A DNA stretch of 52,131 nt, the filler included, from Porpidia crustulata (lineage: Eukaryota), in NCBI GenBank assembly GCA_964255105.1. It is 2 parts of 2 records of this genome, joined end to end, with 100 filler letters (N's around TTAATTAATTAA, not from the genome) between each part and the next. Parts side by side here need not be neighbours in the genome. Positions count along the whole stretch, not along the records: positions 1 to 26,049 come from CAXUWE010000041.1; 1 more part is not named here. One strand, 5' to 3'. Position numbers and translations under genes: made by a program. This document shows positions 1 to 13,227 of the stretch, one piece after another (position 1 is the stretch's first letter; every line of letters starts with the position of its first letter). The notes under the pieces were generated by a model that was given only the letters and a program-made list of their open reading frames with translations, did no database searches and had not been told where the DNA came from.

Positions 1-431
1 ATAAACCAAGCACCAAATAAACATCCGAATATTTGGAATTTTTATCAAATTGACAGGATTGACAAAGTGCTGGAATGTGTGAATATGTTATATATTCTTG
101 TCGTTTTCGGGATTTTACGGATTTTACGGGGGGTTTTTTTTAAAAGAGGGGGTTTTTGATGGTGGGTTGAATGGTGTTGGATGAGATGGTGTCATACACG
201 ATCAACATCCTGCCAATTCCTATCAATTGAACACTCCCATCGCCATCCGTAGCCATACCGAAAAACGCTCAGGCTTTCAAGCCATGTCTCTTATCATAAA
301 AAAACCCCCCCTTTCCGAAAAAATACTTGTATTGAACTTTTGTACAAGCGCTAGTCATTAAAAATATATATATACAGACGTAAAAGTTCCCTGGTCCAGC
401 AGCCCTTCGAAGAGGGGTTCACCGGGTGAAT

Positions 432-1939
432 CTAAGTCCATTTCGAAAACAACGCCACGAGACTCGTGCCGGAACTTCCTGCGTCATCGGGATAGACGTA
501 AAAGGCGAGAGCGATGATGATGTACATCCCCAGCAACATTGCTCCTTCGAGGTAATTCGACTTGCCGTCCTAGATATTCCGTCAGTGATTACGGTCTAGA
601 ACCGAGTCTTTGGTAGATAGAACTCACAGCAATCAAATAATTCGTAATCAATACGCTTAAAAAGAACACAACGGTCTCAAAAGCCTCAAACTGTAGCGTC
701 ATCGGCTGACCGATGGCCCAGCCCAATAGCACGAGAAACGGCGTTACCAACAGAGCAATCTGCATGCTGCTGCCAATCGCAACGCCAATGGCCAGGTCCA
801 TCTTATCCTTCATGCTGACCACGACCGCGGTGACGTGCTCAGCGGCGTTACCAACAATCGGGAGGAGGATCAGGCCAATGAAGGTTTTGCTGATGTTGGC
901 GGTTTCGACAATGGAGTCGATGCTGTCGACGAGGTATTCGGCGCAAATGGCGACGCCGACTGTAATGACGACAAGAGCCGCACCGGCAGCCCAGGGGGTC
1001 AAGGTAGGTTCTTCTTGTTCGCTGTCGTCGTCCTCAGCGTGTTGCTCCTCGTCAAAGAAATCTTGATGGGACTTGAGTTGGAAGAAGAGGTAGAGGACGT
1101 AGAGGATCAGAAGGATGATGGCAGTGCCGTGTGAGAGTATGAGGATATTCTGGTCTTTGTCTTCTGAAGTTTTGGATTGTTTCATTGCCGCGTATAGGGT
1201 CGCGGGGATGATGAGGGAGGCCGATGAAACTGCCATCAATGAAGACATCGTACTGGCGACAGTGCTATTGAAATGCTGTTCATGAAATTTGATGCCTCCA
1301 GCGAAGAAGCAGCAGCCGAGTACCAAGAGGATATTGGATAGAATAGATCCAAGCATGCTAGACTGCACGATTCGTATTTGGCCATCCTTTAATGCCACGA
1401 TACTGACCTGTACATGTTGTTAGCAGTGAAACTATCGGAATCAAAGTCACCACGCTCACAATAAGTTCCACAGCATTTCCAAAGGTTGCATTCAATAATC
1501 CACCCAGTGTCTGTCCCACTTTTTGCGATAGCTCTTCCGTCGCAAAACTCAGCAGTCCAGCTAGGGGAATAATGGCGCAGAAATTCAAGATGAAGACTGC
1601 CGTTGGATTCCATCCCGTTGCACCAGCTATTATTCCCAGCGGCACAAAGACCAAGAAGAGATTGGCCCAGTTGCTAACGAGGATTTTGTAAATGGTAGAC
1701 CCAACATTGTATACAACTTGCGCAGGTACTCGGACCCATGGCCTGTTGTCTTTTTGTATAGGATGACTCTGAAAGTGCTTGATAGGATGCCGGAGGAGGG
1801 AAGAATTCTCGTCGACGGGCTCTAACCCTCCATTGCCGTCCTCGTGAGACACCTCGTTACTCTCGGTACGGAGAGATCGATTGTGTGAAGCAGACCGTTT
1901 AAAACGAGAGGGTAACTTTGAGGCGGCTGTTCGTTCCAT
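432..1939 (-). CDS. VCX1: Vacuolar Ca2+/H+ exchanger (CAX/VCX1 family); 3 exons, introns 1408-1459 and 570-627
   Basis: Motifs [33 protein letters not shown] and GSSMQIAL, plus an acidic central loop. Both GT-AG introns restore the frame; last exon reads [16 protein letters not shown]...SKWT*. Confidence 0.95.
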
Positions 1940-2493
1940 TATGATTGAAGAATCAGCTGTCTTGAATGGCACAAAATATGGGTGATTTGCAGCGGAACAT
2001 CGGAAGGGCAGATGAGGTGGCAGGTGTAGTGAATAGTGAATAGTCAAGCGCAAACGGAATAATCAATTACGAATCACGATGCGCCATTAGATCACTGTGG
2101 AGGACTTACACATTAAAGCCAAGAGTACCAAGATCCTTCAGTCGAACAAAGAGCGGCCAGTTGCTCTTGGCACGCGATATGTTTGGAGATTTGCACAATA
2201 AAGAACGCCTGGGTATCAGACTGCAACCGATGCGTTCCAGAGTCAATTGAAGCTCAACAGAGCCTGTCCATCCAATACTGACCACCAGATGATATCAACT
2301 GAAGGAGCCACGAATGATGAGTGATCGGAAGGGTGTGGATAGAAGAGCAAGGTAGAGCAGATAATACTCACGTCCTCTTTTGGCGTGTACGGGTAAAGTT
2401 CAGTCTTGTCGGCAAGACATGCTTGGCGTGCTTGGGCTGATAGGACGTGTCAGAGCGCTAATGGGAAGATGACGGTGGATTGCAGGGATCATT

Positions 2494-2527
2494 GGGGCTG
2501 TGCGCTTGGCAACTGCTTGGCAGCCAC
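2494..2527. promoter_or_regulatory. Candidate Crz1/CrzA (calcineurin-responsive) sites upstream of VCX1
   Basis: GGGGCTGTG at 2494-2502 and CAGCCAC (reverse complement GTGGCTG) at 2521-2527 resemble GNGGC(T/G)-type CDRE motifs. Ca2+ transporter genes are typical Crz1 targets. Motifs this short can occur by chance. Confidence 0.35.
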
Positions 2528-3302
2528 AGATCTGACCTGCCACACACACTCTATCGGTATCTTTATCCGTATCAGATCCATCAGCTAATCAAATCAATAT
2601 ATCTGATTACACCACTACGCGAGTACGTATGCAGTCTGTATCTGTGTGCCCCGTGATGCGTACTCCGATCGTGGCGGAGTAGATTGATCAGCCAAGTCGA
2701 CAGTAGAGATTGACCGTTATCGAGACCGTTGCATAGGGCGATAGGTAGTGGATGCACCCATCAACTATGCCGACTGCCGAAGTTATACTCGGCAACGGAC
2801 TGATTTAGCAGCCAAGCGGTTCATCAAGGATTGCAGAAGATTAGTTCATCACCTTCGATTTAGAGGGTTGGATAGAACCTCGAGGCTTCACAAAGAGAAT
2901 GGATTGAGCGGTTCTACCAAACATGATAGTACTGTCAAACCAACGCATCATGTTCGACCCTCAATCATGGTGGGCTCGGGTAGTATCTGCTCTGCATTAT
3001 CACCTTCGTGGTGGAAAGCAACGAATGACACTGTATGGTAGGACTGCTGGTGAAGTTTAAGAGAATACAGAAGACAACTCCACATACTATGACTTTGCCT
3101 AATGTCCTGCTCTTATTCTCCTTCTAGGCCGGTTCTGCCTCATCTCCAACCAATTCGTGTCTTCCTTTCGCATATGACGGGGTCCCTGCGCACTCCTCTG
3201 CGAAACCCTCGCTCTAATTGACATTTGAACTTCAGCCGTAGAAGAGCTTCATTGTCTGGTGCACTGTCACTGTTCCCTGATATGTTTCCTTAGAGAATTT
3301 GC

Positions 3303-4960
3303 TCAGAGTTTTCTTCGTTTTTTTTGACGTTGCTCAGCGATACCTAAGCTGCGCCGCACTGTACCAGTAGTAACTCGTGGCTGAACCTTGGCTGGAGAAT
3401 GATTCTCCACTCCGGTTCCATTGATTGCCCTACCCGGCGACAGTCTAGATATCACAAAATTGCTCCGGCCATCAATCGCTCGTTCGCGTTGAAGTTGGCT
3501 CCTTGGGCTAGATACTCTAGCTGGTTCTACCAACCCGAGGGCGAACAGTCTGCTCCTGCGGATGGATCTTCGGGAGGAAGTACGCCGATGTAAAGAAACT
3601 GAATTTGCATCGTCATCGTTCTCACTGTTATGTTTTTGTGGCTCGAGCAAGGAACTGTCTTGTCTTGGCTTGCTGGGTGTTTCATGATGCTCAATTGAAC
3701 GAGCGCTCTTTTTTCGAAGGTAGCGTTTAGGAATATTTGGATTGGGCTCCTTTCTTTTCTCCACTTTCGACGAATGCACACTACGAAGGGTTCGACTGAC
3801 GGATTCCTCAAGTGACTGTGGATCCTCTGTGGTAAGACGGCCTGCATGTAAGCTCCTGCTCCTTCTATATGTACACCTGGTAGTTATATCTATGAATGTC
3901 TCAACTTCATCGGGAATTGGCGATAAGTCGCTGCTTGTGCAGTTATTGTCAAAGCAAGACGTTGTTTGTGGCTCGGGAGACTCGGGGTTGGAAAGAGAGG
4001 CTTGTTGCTCGCCGTTGCGGGCCTCATTAGGCCGTAGTCCAATGAGTCGACGAAACTCTTTTACACCTTCAGGAGTTTGGGGCCGTCCTTCGTCAGATTC
4101 TTCATGTATCCACATCATTCCAGGCAGCTCCCCAATTGGGAGTCCAAATCTTGTCTTCACTCCATATCTTCTTGATGCTTTCATGTGCCTAGGCCTCGAT
4201 ATCAAAAAACTCCAAAAGACTGTTGGTATCGAAGCTCGTATTTGATCCATTCCTTCTCCTTGATACTTGATAGAGAAACTGATGGTAGGGACGAGATATG
4301 GAAGAATCGTGTTCGGAACAAGCTGGTGGCCTCTCATCGACACTTTTTGGTCGGTCTTCCGGCCTCAAAGCAGCAAAGGTGAAGGTGGAGTTATTGGGAG
4401 CAAACTGGGGCTTCGGCGTAAACTCAGGCTTCGCTTCAGGTCCACTCTCATGCTCCCAGAGGCCGAAAGGTGCAGGTCCCTCTTTTGGTCGAGGCCTCCG
4501 TAAACCCATTAAATGAGTCGCCTCCGGCCAGGCAGGGCCCCATTCGTCCTTCCAAATTCCTTGCTCTATCCAACGGCTCCGAACGTTGTTATCAGCGTTC
4601 GCTAGGAAATCGGCCTTTATATCGAAGGGCAGTGTCTGCCTCCACCCTTCACGCTTGTTCTCCACTTGGTATATAATTCGTTATTTCTCTCTATCAGACT
4701 GGCTGCGGAACTGTTCACGTGGCAGTGACGATAACGATTCTCCCACCACCGATGCCACGGCACGCTCTCGTTACTAACAGGAGTTACTTCACGACTTGGA
4801 GGCTATATAGTCTCTCCTGATAATGGATATGGCAGTGGAAGGTCGATGTAACGCTGGGATATCTCCAGCGCAAGTTCCTCTAGGTGATGTTCAAGCCGTT
4901 GAAGGGCTTCGATAACCTGTGGCAGAACGCGATTTTGAGCGGTATTAAAGAGGAAGGCCG
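3303..4960 (-). pseudogene. Disrupted copy of a fungal hypothetical-protein family (WIEQGIW...SRPYHQFLYQ...WGxLPGMxWxHE)
   Basis: Family-like blocks switch frames: SLPREQFRSQSDREK*RIIYQ (in-frame stop); YQVS then frameshift to KEKEWIKYEL; DIEA*AHESIKKIWSEDKIWTPNWG then frameshift to LPGMMWIHEE. Family recognition is from memory. Confidence 0.6.
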
Positions 4961-4979
4961 TTGCTACGAAGCTTATTCG

Positions 4980-5545
4980 AGGAAGTGCTAGGAGGATGTC
5001 AAGGCAAACTTGATGTGTAAGGAAGACATGGAAGCAAAGCTAGGTGGAAGGCTTGGCACATGCAATCGTGTACTTCACTCACCACAGTGATCTGTGCTGA
5101 AGCGCGAAGTGGAGACTCCCACTCGCCTGTCTCATGTGAGCTACAAAATCTACAGAGTCCCACTCGTTCACTGTTAATTAATGCTAACAGTCGAATATAA
5201 TCGAGTATATATCTGCACAAGGATGGGGGCAAGCGTATGTTGAGATATTCACTGCCATTGAAGAGGGCAAGATAATGAACCTCATTCATAGAGATCTCTT
5301 CGTCGAAGATATGCCATCGGCTGTCTCTCCCCTTGGCAAGATGCTCCAAGCGCTCGATTGTCTCGCGTTCAAAAGCATCGTTCATCGAGATATTAAGCTC
5401 GAAATTCTCTCTACGACTCCACCGACTAACGGGTACATCTTTCGACTAGTAGACTTTGGCCTTTGTAATGCGATCATAGCTCCTGAGTGAATTAATAACC
5501 CGAGCGCACAGTCAACATCGAAGACGAATGTTTGATCATCTTGGC
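4980..5545 (+). pseudogene. Degenerate Ser/Thr protein kinase fragment
   Basis: MLQALDCLAFKSIVHRDIK (subdomain VIb), LVDFGLCN (DFG), then APE immediately followed by a stop. The activation loop is deleted and the KPEN motif is corrupted. Upstream VEIFTAIEEG resembles the hinge region. Confidence 0.75.
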
Positions 5546-8500
5546 TATGAGCCTAAGCACATCTGATGGTAGGATGTCCTTTCGAAAGCACTGTTTGAAC
5601 ACCCAAAGAGATTCTCGTAATGTGCTGAAGACCAGGTATACACGTGTGCCATGAAGTCCAAGTAACTCGAATCATTTGAGTAGTGTCCGGACAAACTTAT
5701 GGACAACGTGCTGAGCGTTCGATTTCGTTATGTGCTTCGGGATTCGTAATTCCGATTTAGCTAACTTTTATCATTGTGCTTATTCGCGTCGACCTTGATG
5801 TTGACATAATGTCGGTAGCCAGCGCCATTTATATTACTAGCAACAAACGTGGCACCAAACAGTCGAGATCCTATTGATAAAGATCTTGTACCAAGCACAC
5901 AGTCACCGGTTGAACTCGTGCCCCAACTGGATTTTGCGACCACTTGATATCATTCATTCAGCAACTGGGGCTGAGCCGAACCCGAGCCAGATCATATGAC
6001 ACCTAATTAAATTCACAAGGCCGCGATTCCAAATGAATGTCAAGGCCGGGTGCGGATTCGTCGCCGAATATCATCTGATCTACAGTCAAGAATACCTTTC
6101 ATCTTGCCCGAGATCGCCGTGATATCGACTGAGTGAGGAATGCCGAAGGAGAAGGTTCTCTCCTACAAGTCCACAGCACGGATCGCCGGTTCCACTGCCA
6201 ATGATCTTTGTCAAGTGAAAACTTTATCTCATTCAATTCTGTCATATCTTCTTCGTGATCGGGCTGCAGTTGCAATCGCATATCAAACGCAGCCGAAAGC
6301 GAATCATGGTAGATGTCGAAGTCCAAAGAGGGTGGTCGATGGGTAAAATCGGGCGTTTTGTGGCGACGACCGGTCCGGCATCGACTTTCCAGAGTAAATG
6401 TTACCGACGGTTTCATGTGGCCAAAGGGAAAAGAGGCACGTGCAGGAACACCGCAACCTCGAGAGAACAGGCATCTGCCATTTGACGACATGTGACGTTG
6501 TCTTCGGTGGGTATTCAGAATCAGCAATGGAATCACTGTTCGAAATATCGTTTTAATGGTATCGTAATTATCTTTCCGCTCGTATCCATCACCACCGCTG
6601 GTGACTGCATCCATCTTTCAGATCCAAGAATCTTTTGGGACTCCCAATCAAGCTGTACTTCATGCGGATGGAATCACTCCCAATTTACTGTTCGCAAGAT
6701 GAGTCCATCGCACTAATGCCAGCGGTTAGATTTCTGTATCAACTATCCCAGTACAGAGCCTAGCACATTCAATCTGCTTTGCTTCCAGTTCATCTTGTTC
6801 GTCCCAATAGAGATTACTTTTTGGCGTCACGGCGGGGCCTTGGTTGCTGTTGCGCTTGCGACGTAACAGTCTCAGGCATTTGTTGATCAGTCTCAGATGG
6901 CTATAGATTGGTATCAGCTTGGCGGCATAGTATTCCGCTCTTCCTCGAGATTTCCTACAGCGGTAGTCTTTTTCGGCTAACGCGGTTGTGTTTGAGAACA
7001 CAATGATCGGGTTGGCATGGCTGTTACCGCAATGGAGAAGACTAGAGCATGGATTTAGACAATGAACCCGAGTGAATCATATGTTGAAGAGATGATAGTA
7101 CTAGACACGGCAGCAGGCTTAAGCAGAGATCTGATTATCTTATGAACATGGAGGCTTGACATGTGAAGCATAAAGTATAACATGGTGATCTTAGAAAAAT
7201 TGAAACAGATGGACGCGGTAAGCGATGAGCCTCTAAGGAATGCTTTGGCTAAGAGATTTCGACTTGTTCGGTGTCGAATCCTCGAGCTCTTGGTCGCGGC
7301 GGTTAGCGGAATGCTAACAATGAGGAGGCGACTGGTCGTCGACTAGCTTAATCAAGATGATGTAGAGCACCGTATACTTTGGCTTGCAGACTGCGTACAT
7401 GCATTAGCCGGTTTCTCGAATGGTTGTTCGAAAAAGTAGTGACATCTTTGTTTTGGCTTAAATATCTGTGGTAGAAATGAACTTGGCAGATGTGCTTGCG
7501 TAGGTGTGTGCTTCGTACTGATTTGTTAGCAAGTAAGTTCTTTTCCCATTTCCCATTTCAATTGCCAGGAGAATGCTCCTATCATTTCGCAATTGTATTC
7601 GGGTCCTAAGAATACTTGGCCGGCGCATTTACAGTGGTAGACTATGCTCCCTTCGTAGCGTTGCCATTGTAGCAGATTTTTGCCAGCGCCATCGTGAAAA
7701 GATAAATCGACTTATTCCAGAAGGTCTCGCATCAAGGCGTATCGTGTGGGAATATCGGACAAGGTTTCGTTGCTGAACTGCGACAACATGTCGGATTTCC
7801 TACTCTGTGCCATTCGGTATTAGACTCTGAGAGGTTTGCCGTCACACTTCTCTAGAAGGCGTGAACTAAGGTAAGAACCGTCCTGACCAAGCGAAGGCAT
7901 GAATAGGAGCTCCACTGGAATGCCGAGGCAAAAATGGCAGTGATAATGGTCAAATGTTTCCGTGGACGAACTTCTCTCCCATTCAGGATGGTTGTACACG
8001 GCTTGCGATTTGGTGATTGTCATGTAACAATGTAATCAACATTCGAGTTCAAGGACGTTCAGTCAAGATCGGCGCCATTGTCTCACGATGTGTTCTAATA
8101 GGAAGTTCCTCTGTAGGTGTGGGTGATGGCAATTCGCCTATGATTAAATTGCAGGACAGCACGGTAAACAAGCACAGTCTAAAGCAAGAATCTCAATCGT
8201 TTGGAGGATTGAAGGATCAGAATCCAGGCATGATGACAATAGTCATGCTGGTCATTACAAAGTCGATGGAATTCGGGCAAATTTCAGGGAGGGCACAAAT
8301 GTTTCATCAGAGTGTGTCCAGAAAATCCAAAGAGGAATCTACAAACTGAGCATGCGATGAGACTGACAGATCAGACATTCTACGTTGATAACGAAAGACT
8401 CGGCAATGCGAGATTGTATGACGCGGGGATGAAGAGCATTTTGAGATACTTTCTCCTCGTAGATCAGAACACAACTCGAGGGCAAGCTTCTGAGAGCGGC

Positions 8501-11067
8501 AACAGAGCGTAGAGGCAATAACAATAAGCTCCCTGATTGCCGAATAATCGACGACTGTTGCTTGAAATGTGATGATGAGCCGGAGAACCGTACTGAGTAT
8601 TGCTAAGAGGCCAGTAAGACATCAGCTACAACATCTGGGGCGCAACGTATGGTTTCGTCCGCGGCGTCGAGATGGATACTTAGCTCTGGAAAATCTTGGC
8701 CATGTCCTGATTAGATGTCTATAGCTTGGCACCTGGAATGATTATGCTAGATTTTTCAAACCGTCACATGGGAATGGCGCATGGTCTGCGTGTTGCCACG
8801 GGCCATGGAAGTGGTACTGCAAATCAGTTGTCAATAAGGATAGTATGATGGAAGGAGAGGATTGAAGACATGCGGCCCAGTGCAGTGTCGGAGCAGCGAC
8901 CGATTCTGGAGACTGGCGGCCAAGTCAGCAATAGGGGATTGTACCTTGAGGTTCTTTTCCTACTGCAGTAGGTGGGAAGCTACTTGGGAGTACCCTTCCG
9001 TGCGTGAATGCTCGAGGTATTTCATGCGCCTAACACGGGACGAAACGAACGACCCCCACATCACGTTTCATCTCCTACTACGCACCTCGACAATCCACCG
9101 ACATACTGCAGAACAACCCGTCAGATAAATCTTCTGCATAGAGTACGGTCCTGTACATTTAATCTGCACATTACCATCGTCACGCCGGCGAGTGACTTGT
9201 GCAAGAAGACGCGATGAGGTGCAGAATCTTGAAGATCTGTAGTCTTAGGTCGCTTCAACTGGTATTGGAGCTCCAAAAAAAACAACCCTAGACAACTGTG
9301 ACATCCTTTTTCTTCCCTCACACGCCGGCCTGGTCAGAGCGCCATTTGGGGAGATGATCAATAGCGTAGGCTTTCAAGACATGCGATTACCCTTTCCAAC
9401 CAGGACCAGTTGAACCGGCCGTTAAAGCAGGCCGCAGATAAATTTTCCGCTCGTGCAGCAAACGATAAGACAGGGTACAACGATTGATAGGCTCGTGGCC
9501 TCCCGTAAGACCTGCATACTACTTGCGACCTCTCGGAGCATTGAAGGATATCTTGGATTAGGCGACAACGGTGATGGGCAAATTAAAGTCTTGACGGTTC
9601 GAGCGCATAATCGTAAAGTGACAAGTACCTCGAGCTTGGTAAAGCTTGTTCTCGAAGCTAGTCTGCCGCCACAGCGAATCAACATGTACTTTGAGCAATT
9701 CTGTCTGACCATCCAAGAATCAAAGTAATAACTAACCAATGCTTCCGAGGACATGAGCGCGACAACCTGTGACAAGGTCTTCACATGGGAGTGGCAGGAT
9801 TGTCAAAACGCCTCCATCTTGATAATCGACTGCCGCCGCAGGAATTGCGCTTCTCCTAGTACAAGCCTGTCGCGGAAGACTCTCCGACCCTAGTCAATTC
9901 CATGACTAGACATGAGGCTATGAACCATGCTCCATGTGGTCTGACTTGGTGCTATAAGTTATCGGGGTGGTGCAATTCGAAACCAAGCTTACAGAATCCG
10001 CCCTCATGTCTTGAAAACAAGCGTAGGACTGCACAATCCGATTGCTGACAGATTTCAATCACTGCATAAGTTGATTCCGGCTGAAGTCGTATGTGTCGCA
10101 TAGTAAGTCAAAGGCCGACCATTCTCGGATCAATGACCGAGCGGGATCTCCATGAGAAAGGCGGAATACCAGGAAGCCTAGCTTTTGGAAGCCATGGAAT
10201 CTGGAGTGCTCACAACCGTATTGGACAGTTCATGTCAAAAAGGCCGGAACAATTGTTGTGCATCGAAGATTAAGTGAAACCAATGATCGACACTACTGGT
10301 ATTTCGAGAGAATAGGTTGGTCCCGCCTTAGCTGTCTCAACCACAACACCCAAACCTGCAGATTGCGGGTTTGATGACTTATGGTCAACATTACGGCCCG
10401 GTGTCATATGCTTCAAGCACTTGGCTATCTTCGCCCGGAATTGATTCCACCTGCTTCATCCAAGGGGTTCGCCTAGATTTAGCCGGGCAGGAGCATATTT
10501 CATGTAATTATCTTTGTAGGTGATTAATCATATACATCTTTGGATGACAACAGTGATTGAATGTCTTTGTTCAAGTCCGTTACGCCGATGGTGTGCAAAA
10601 GCTGCTGACAAAAATGGTACACGGCATGAATACATAGAATCTGGTGAGAGGACTGTATCGTATGTTGTATATGGAACGACTTGAACGGCCGGATACGGTT
10701 TCAGGGTCCACCCTATGGAAGTCCCACCAGCGCAACCCAAAGACTGCATGGATGTGGTTGCATTCCATGACGTTAGCTGCAAGACGATTGTAGCCCGGAG
10801 GATCTTGTTTGATAAGGGTATCTGACTTGGAGGGGTCATATGCGTTCAATGCAAATGACACAGCTGGTCTATATGAGGCATCCGGCATCCCAATGTTTGG
10901 ATGCGTGGCATGTAAAGGAAGCCACTACTGAGGATCCATATATGCTTCAGATATAAACCCAGTGTAAGCTCTGTCATCCCTAATCGTAGACATACCGCAG
11001 TCCTGTCATATCACCAAGCCACAAGCCACAAAGCGTTAAGCTATCGAGCCATCGTCGGCGCATCGGC

Positions 11068-13063
11068 ATGAAAGACGCCATATATCCCAGGAGAGGGGAG
11101 AACCTCAGTAAATGGCTTGCACGGCAGGCGTCCCCGAACGCCACAGATGCAGGTGACAAGAACCCCAACTTCTGGATAGCTCCGACTTTAGTCAGCGTAA
11201 GTTTTGCATCGCTCAAGATGTCATTTCATCAATGTACTGAAGGCTTCACCAGCGCGGACTATATCAAAACAATGTGGAGACTCAATCAAGGAAAGAACAA
11301 TATGAGCATCCGGCCAAACAAGACGGCAATCCGTTAAGCTGGTCCGTTCTGAAAAGTAGCAAATCCAGAGCGAAGAAGAACAGCGGACTCGATGCGATAA
11401 TTGCGCCAGAGCAGCTTCCCCGGTTAGCGACTGCCCCCAATCATGGCCTGAGACAGGTCTTCCGAAGCCCAACTGGCAATCCGAGAACAGGCGAAGCAAT
11501 CCTTGGAAAGAGAAGAAAGCTCAGTGTACCAGGACTTATGACCACTGTTCAAGAGGGCTCACTTGATTCGCGTATGTAGCAGTCATTGTACATGGATTCA
11601 CCATCAGATGCTAATAGCGACAGCGACGATACCGGGTCACCATCCGACAAAACCGGGCTTTGAAAGGTCCAAAAGCGTACCTGAAAGGACCTTACGTCGT
11701 ATGTCAGCAGAACGCAAAGCGCAAATAATTCGGGAAACCAACGGCACGAGTGCCAAATTTGGGCTTACTGTAGAAGCATCCCGAACCAGAGATGCGCCAG
11801 TAAAGACCGTGCGCAGGAGAGGATCAAGAAACCTTCTGGAAGAACTTGCGCCACTGATGATTCCTACCGATTACCAGCTGCAAGAACCAGTCGGCGTCGG
11901 AGCGCGGACCAGCTCGGAGACGATAGACGATAAGCCGCCGCAAGTTCCACCAAAATCTCCTCGGACGGAAAGCAGAGCATCTCCACGTTCGAAGAAGGCG
12001 CTGCACTCTGCGAACAGTTCGACGTCGACGACCTATAGCGTAACCTCTCCTTCCCTCGCTATCAATGTAGTCACAGGACGATTGTATACGGCAATGGAAA
12101 GTAACAGCTCATTGAGTCTATTACAAACTCCAAATGGTGAAAAGTCCGAAGATCCAACATCGCCCTGGGTGGGCCCACTAAGCCACCCGAAGAATGAGTA
12201 CCCGCTTCCAGTAAGAAGTACATCAACCACCCGACCGCCACCAACCGACCAATTCGATATGTGGCATCAAACGGGGATCTCTGAGTCATCCGTCATCGAC
12301 CGCGGACGGCCCATGAAGAGAGGAGATACCTCCCTGATCCGAAGCCTTAGCAAGCCGATGCTGAGAAGCCCTTCACTGAAAAAAGGGATTGTTGAGATTC
12401 CGAATGGTTTCAAAGCAATCGAGGCACCACACAAAATCGCTGCTGCAGAGTCACGATACCTGAAAAGGCAGGCAGATGAACAAGTAAAAGATTTTAGAGT
12501 GCTGCCGATCAAACAAGTCTCGAAGCTTTCTAAAGTGAGTCGATCTTAGACTTGTTGAAAAGATTCACTAACAGGAACAGGAGTTACGTTTTCTCGACGA
12601 ACGCTGCGAGATTCTTCAAAACACACATGCCAGCCTTCACCAAGGTCGGAAAAGTCTCCACACACGGCTAATCACATACCTCAAATCGCCAAGGATGGCG
12701 ATTTTTTCGCACGACAGCATCCTTAGACAAGAAGAAGCGCTCGCAGAACTAGATAAATCAATAGACGACTGGGTAATAAAGATAGAAGAAGCAGGAAATC
12801 GTAGATTTCAGATTCGGCAGCGACTTCTGGAGCATATAGCAGCAGCCTTGACCCTGCAAACGACTAGCAGATCCGGGTCACCAGATGCCATTCATGAATA
12901 TGAGCATTCAAAAAGCCCACCAGGTTTCAAAGACATCTGCAAGAATGAACGCCACGATGTCCAATCAATCAAGGTTTATGCCGATTCCGGTGTCGCTGCT
13001 TTGCTGGCCGAGATAGAACAGGAAATCGGCATAATGGAAGGGACAGAAGAGCCTGGGCGATAG
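11068..13063 (+). CDS. Uds1 (up-regulated during septation) domain protein; introns 11197-11252, 11572-11623, 12535-12580
   Basis: Splicing rebuilds DSPTIPG. The C-terminal ELRFLDERCEIL...QEEALAELDKSIDDW...RQRLLEHIAAAL matches the Uds1 coiled-coil domain. The first exon is less certain. Confidence 0.8.
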
Positions 13064-13227
13064 TGGTGGAACACAGATCCATCGTTTCCGAGGTGCATTC
13101 TTAAATAGCGATTGAACGACCGCTATCCTATCGTAACGTAACCATGTGGCATAATATATTGAATCAATCCAGTCTCTTCGCTTGTAGGTACATTTTTCAC
13201 AGGGTATAAGGGTTAGATGGCAACATG

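Noticed and set aside
1..400. Homopolymer-rich stretch (G, T, A and C runs)
   Set aside because: Looks like low-quality contig-end or 3' flank sequence; no telomere repeat or element structure visible.
3303..4343. 346-aa ORF as an intact gene
   Set aside because: Its N-terminus is off-frame relative to the family motifs; it is the 3' part of the frameshifted pseudogene.
6099..7001. Two minus-strand ORFs faintly resembling a Cys-rich fungal hypothetical family
   Set aside because: Key cysteines are missing and stops intervene; too weak to call without a search.
7262..7290. GTTCG/GTCGAATCC T-loop-like motif
   Set aside because: No cloverleaf or A box could be built around it.
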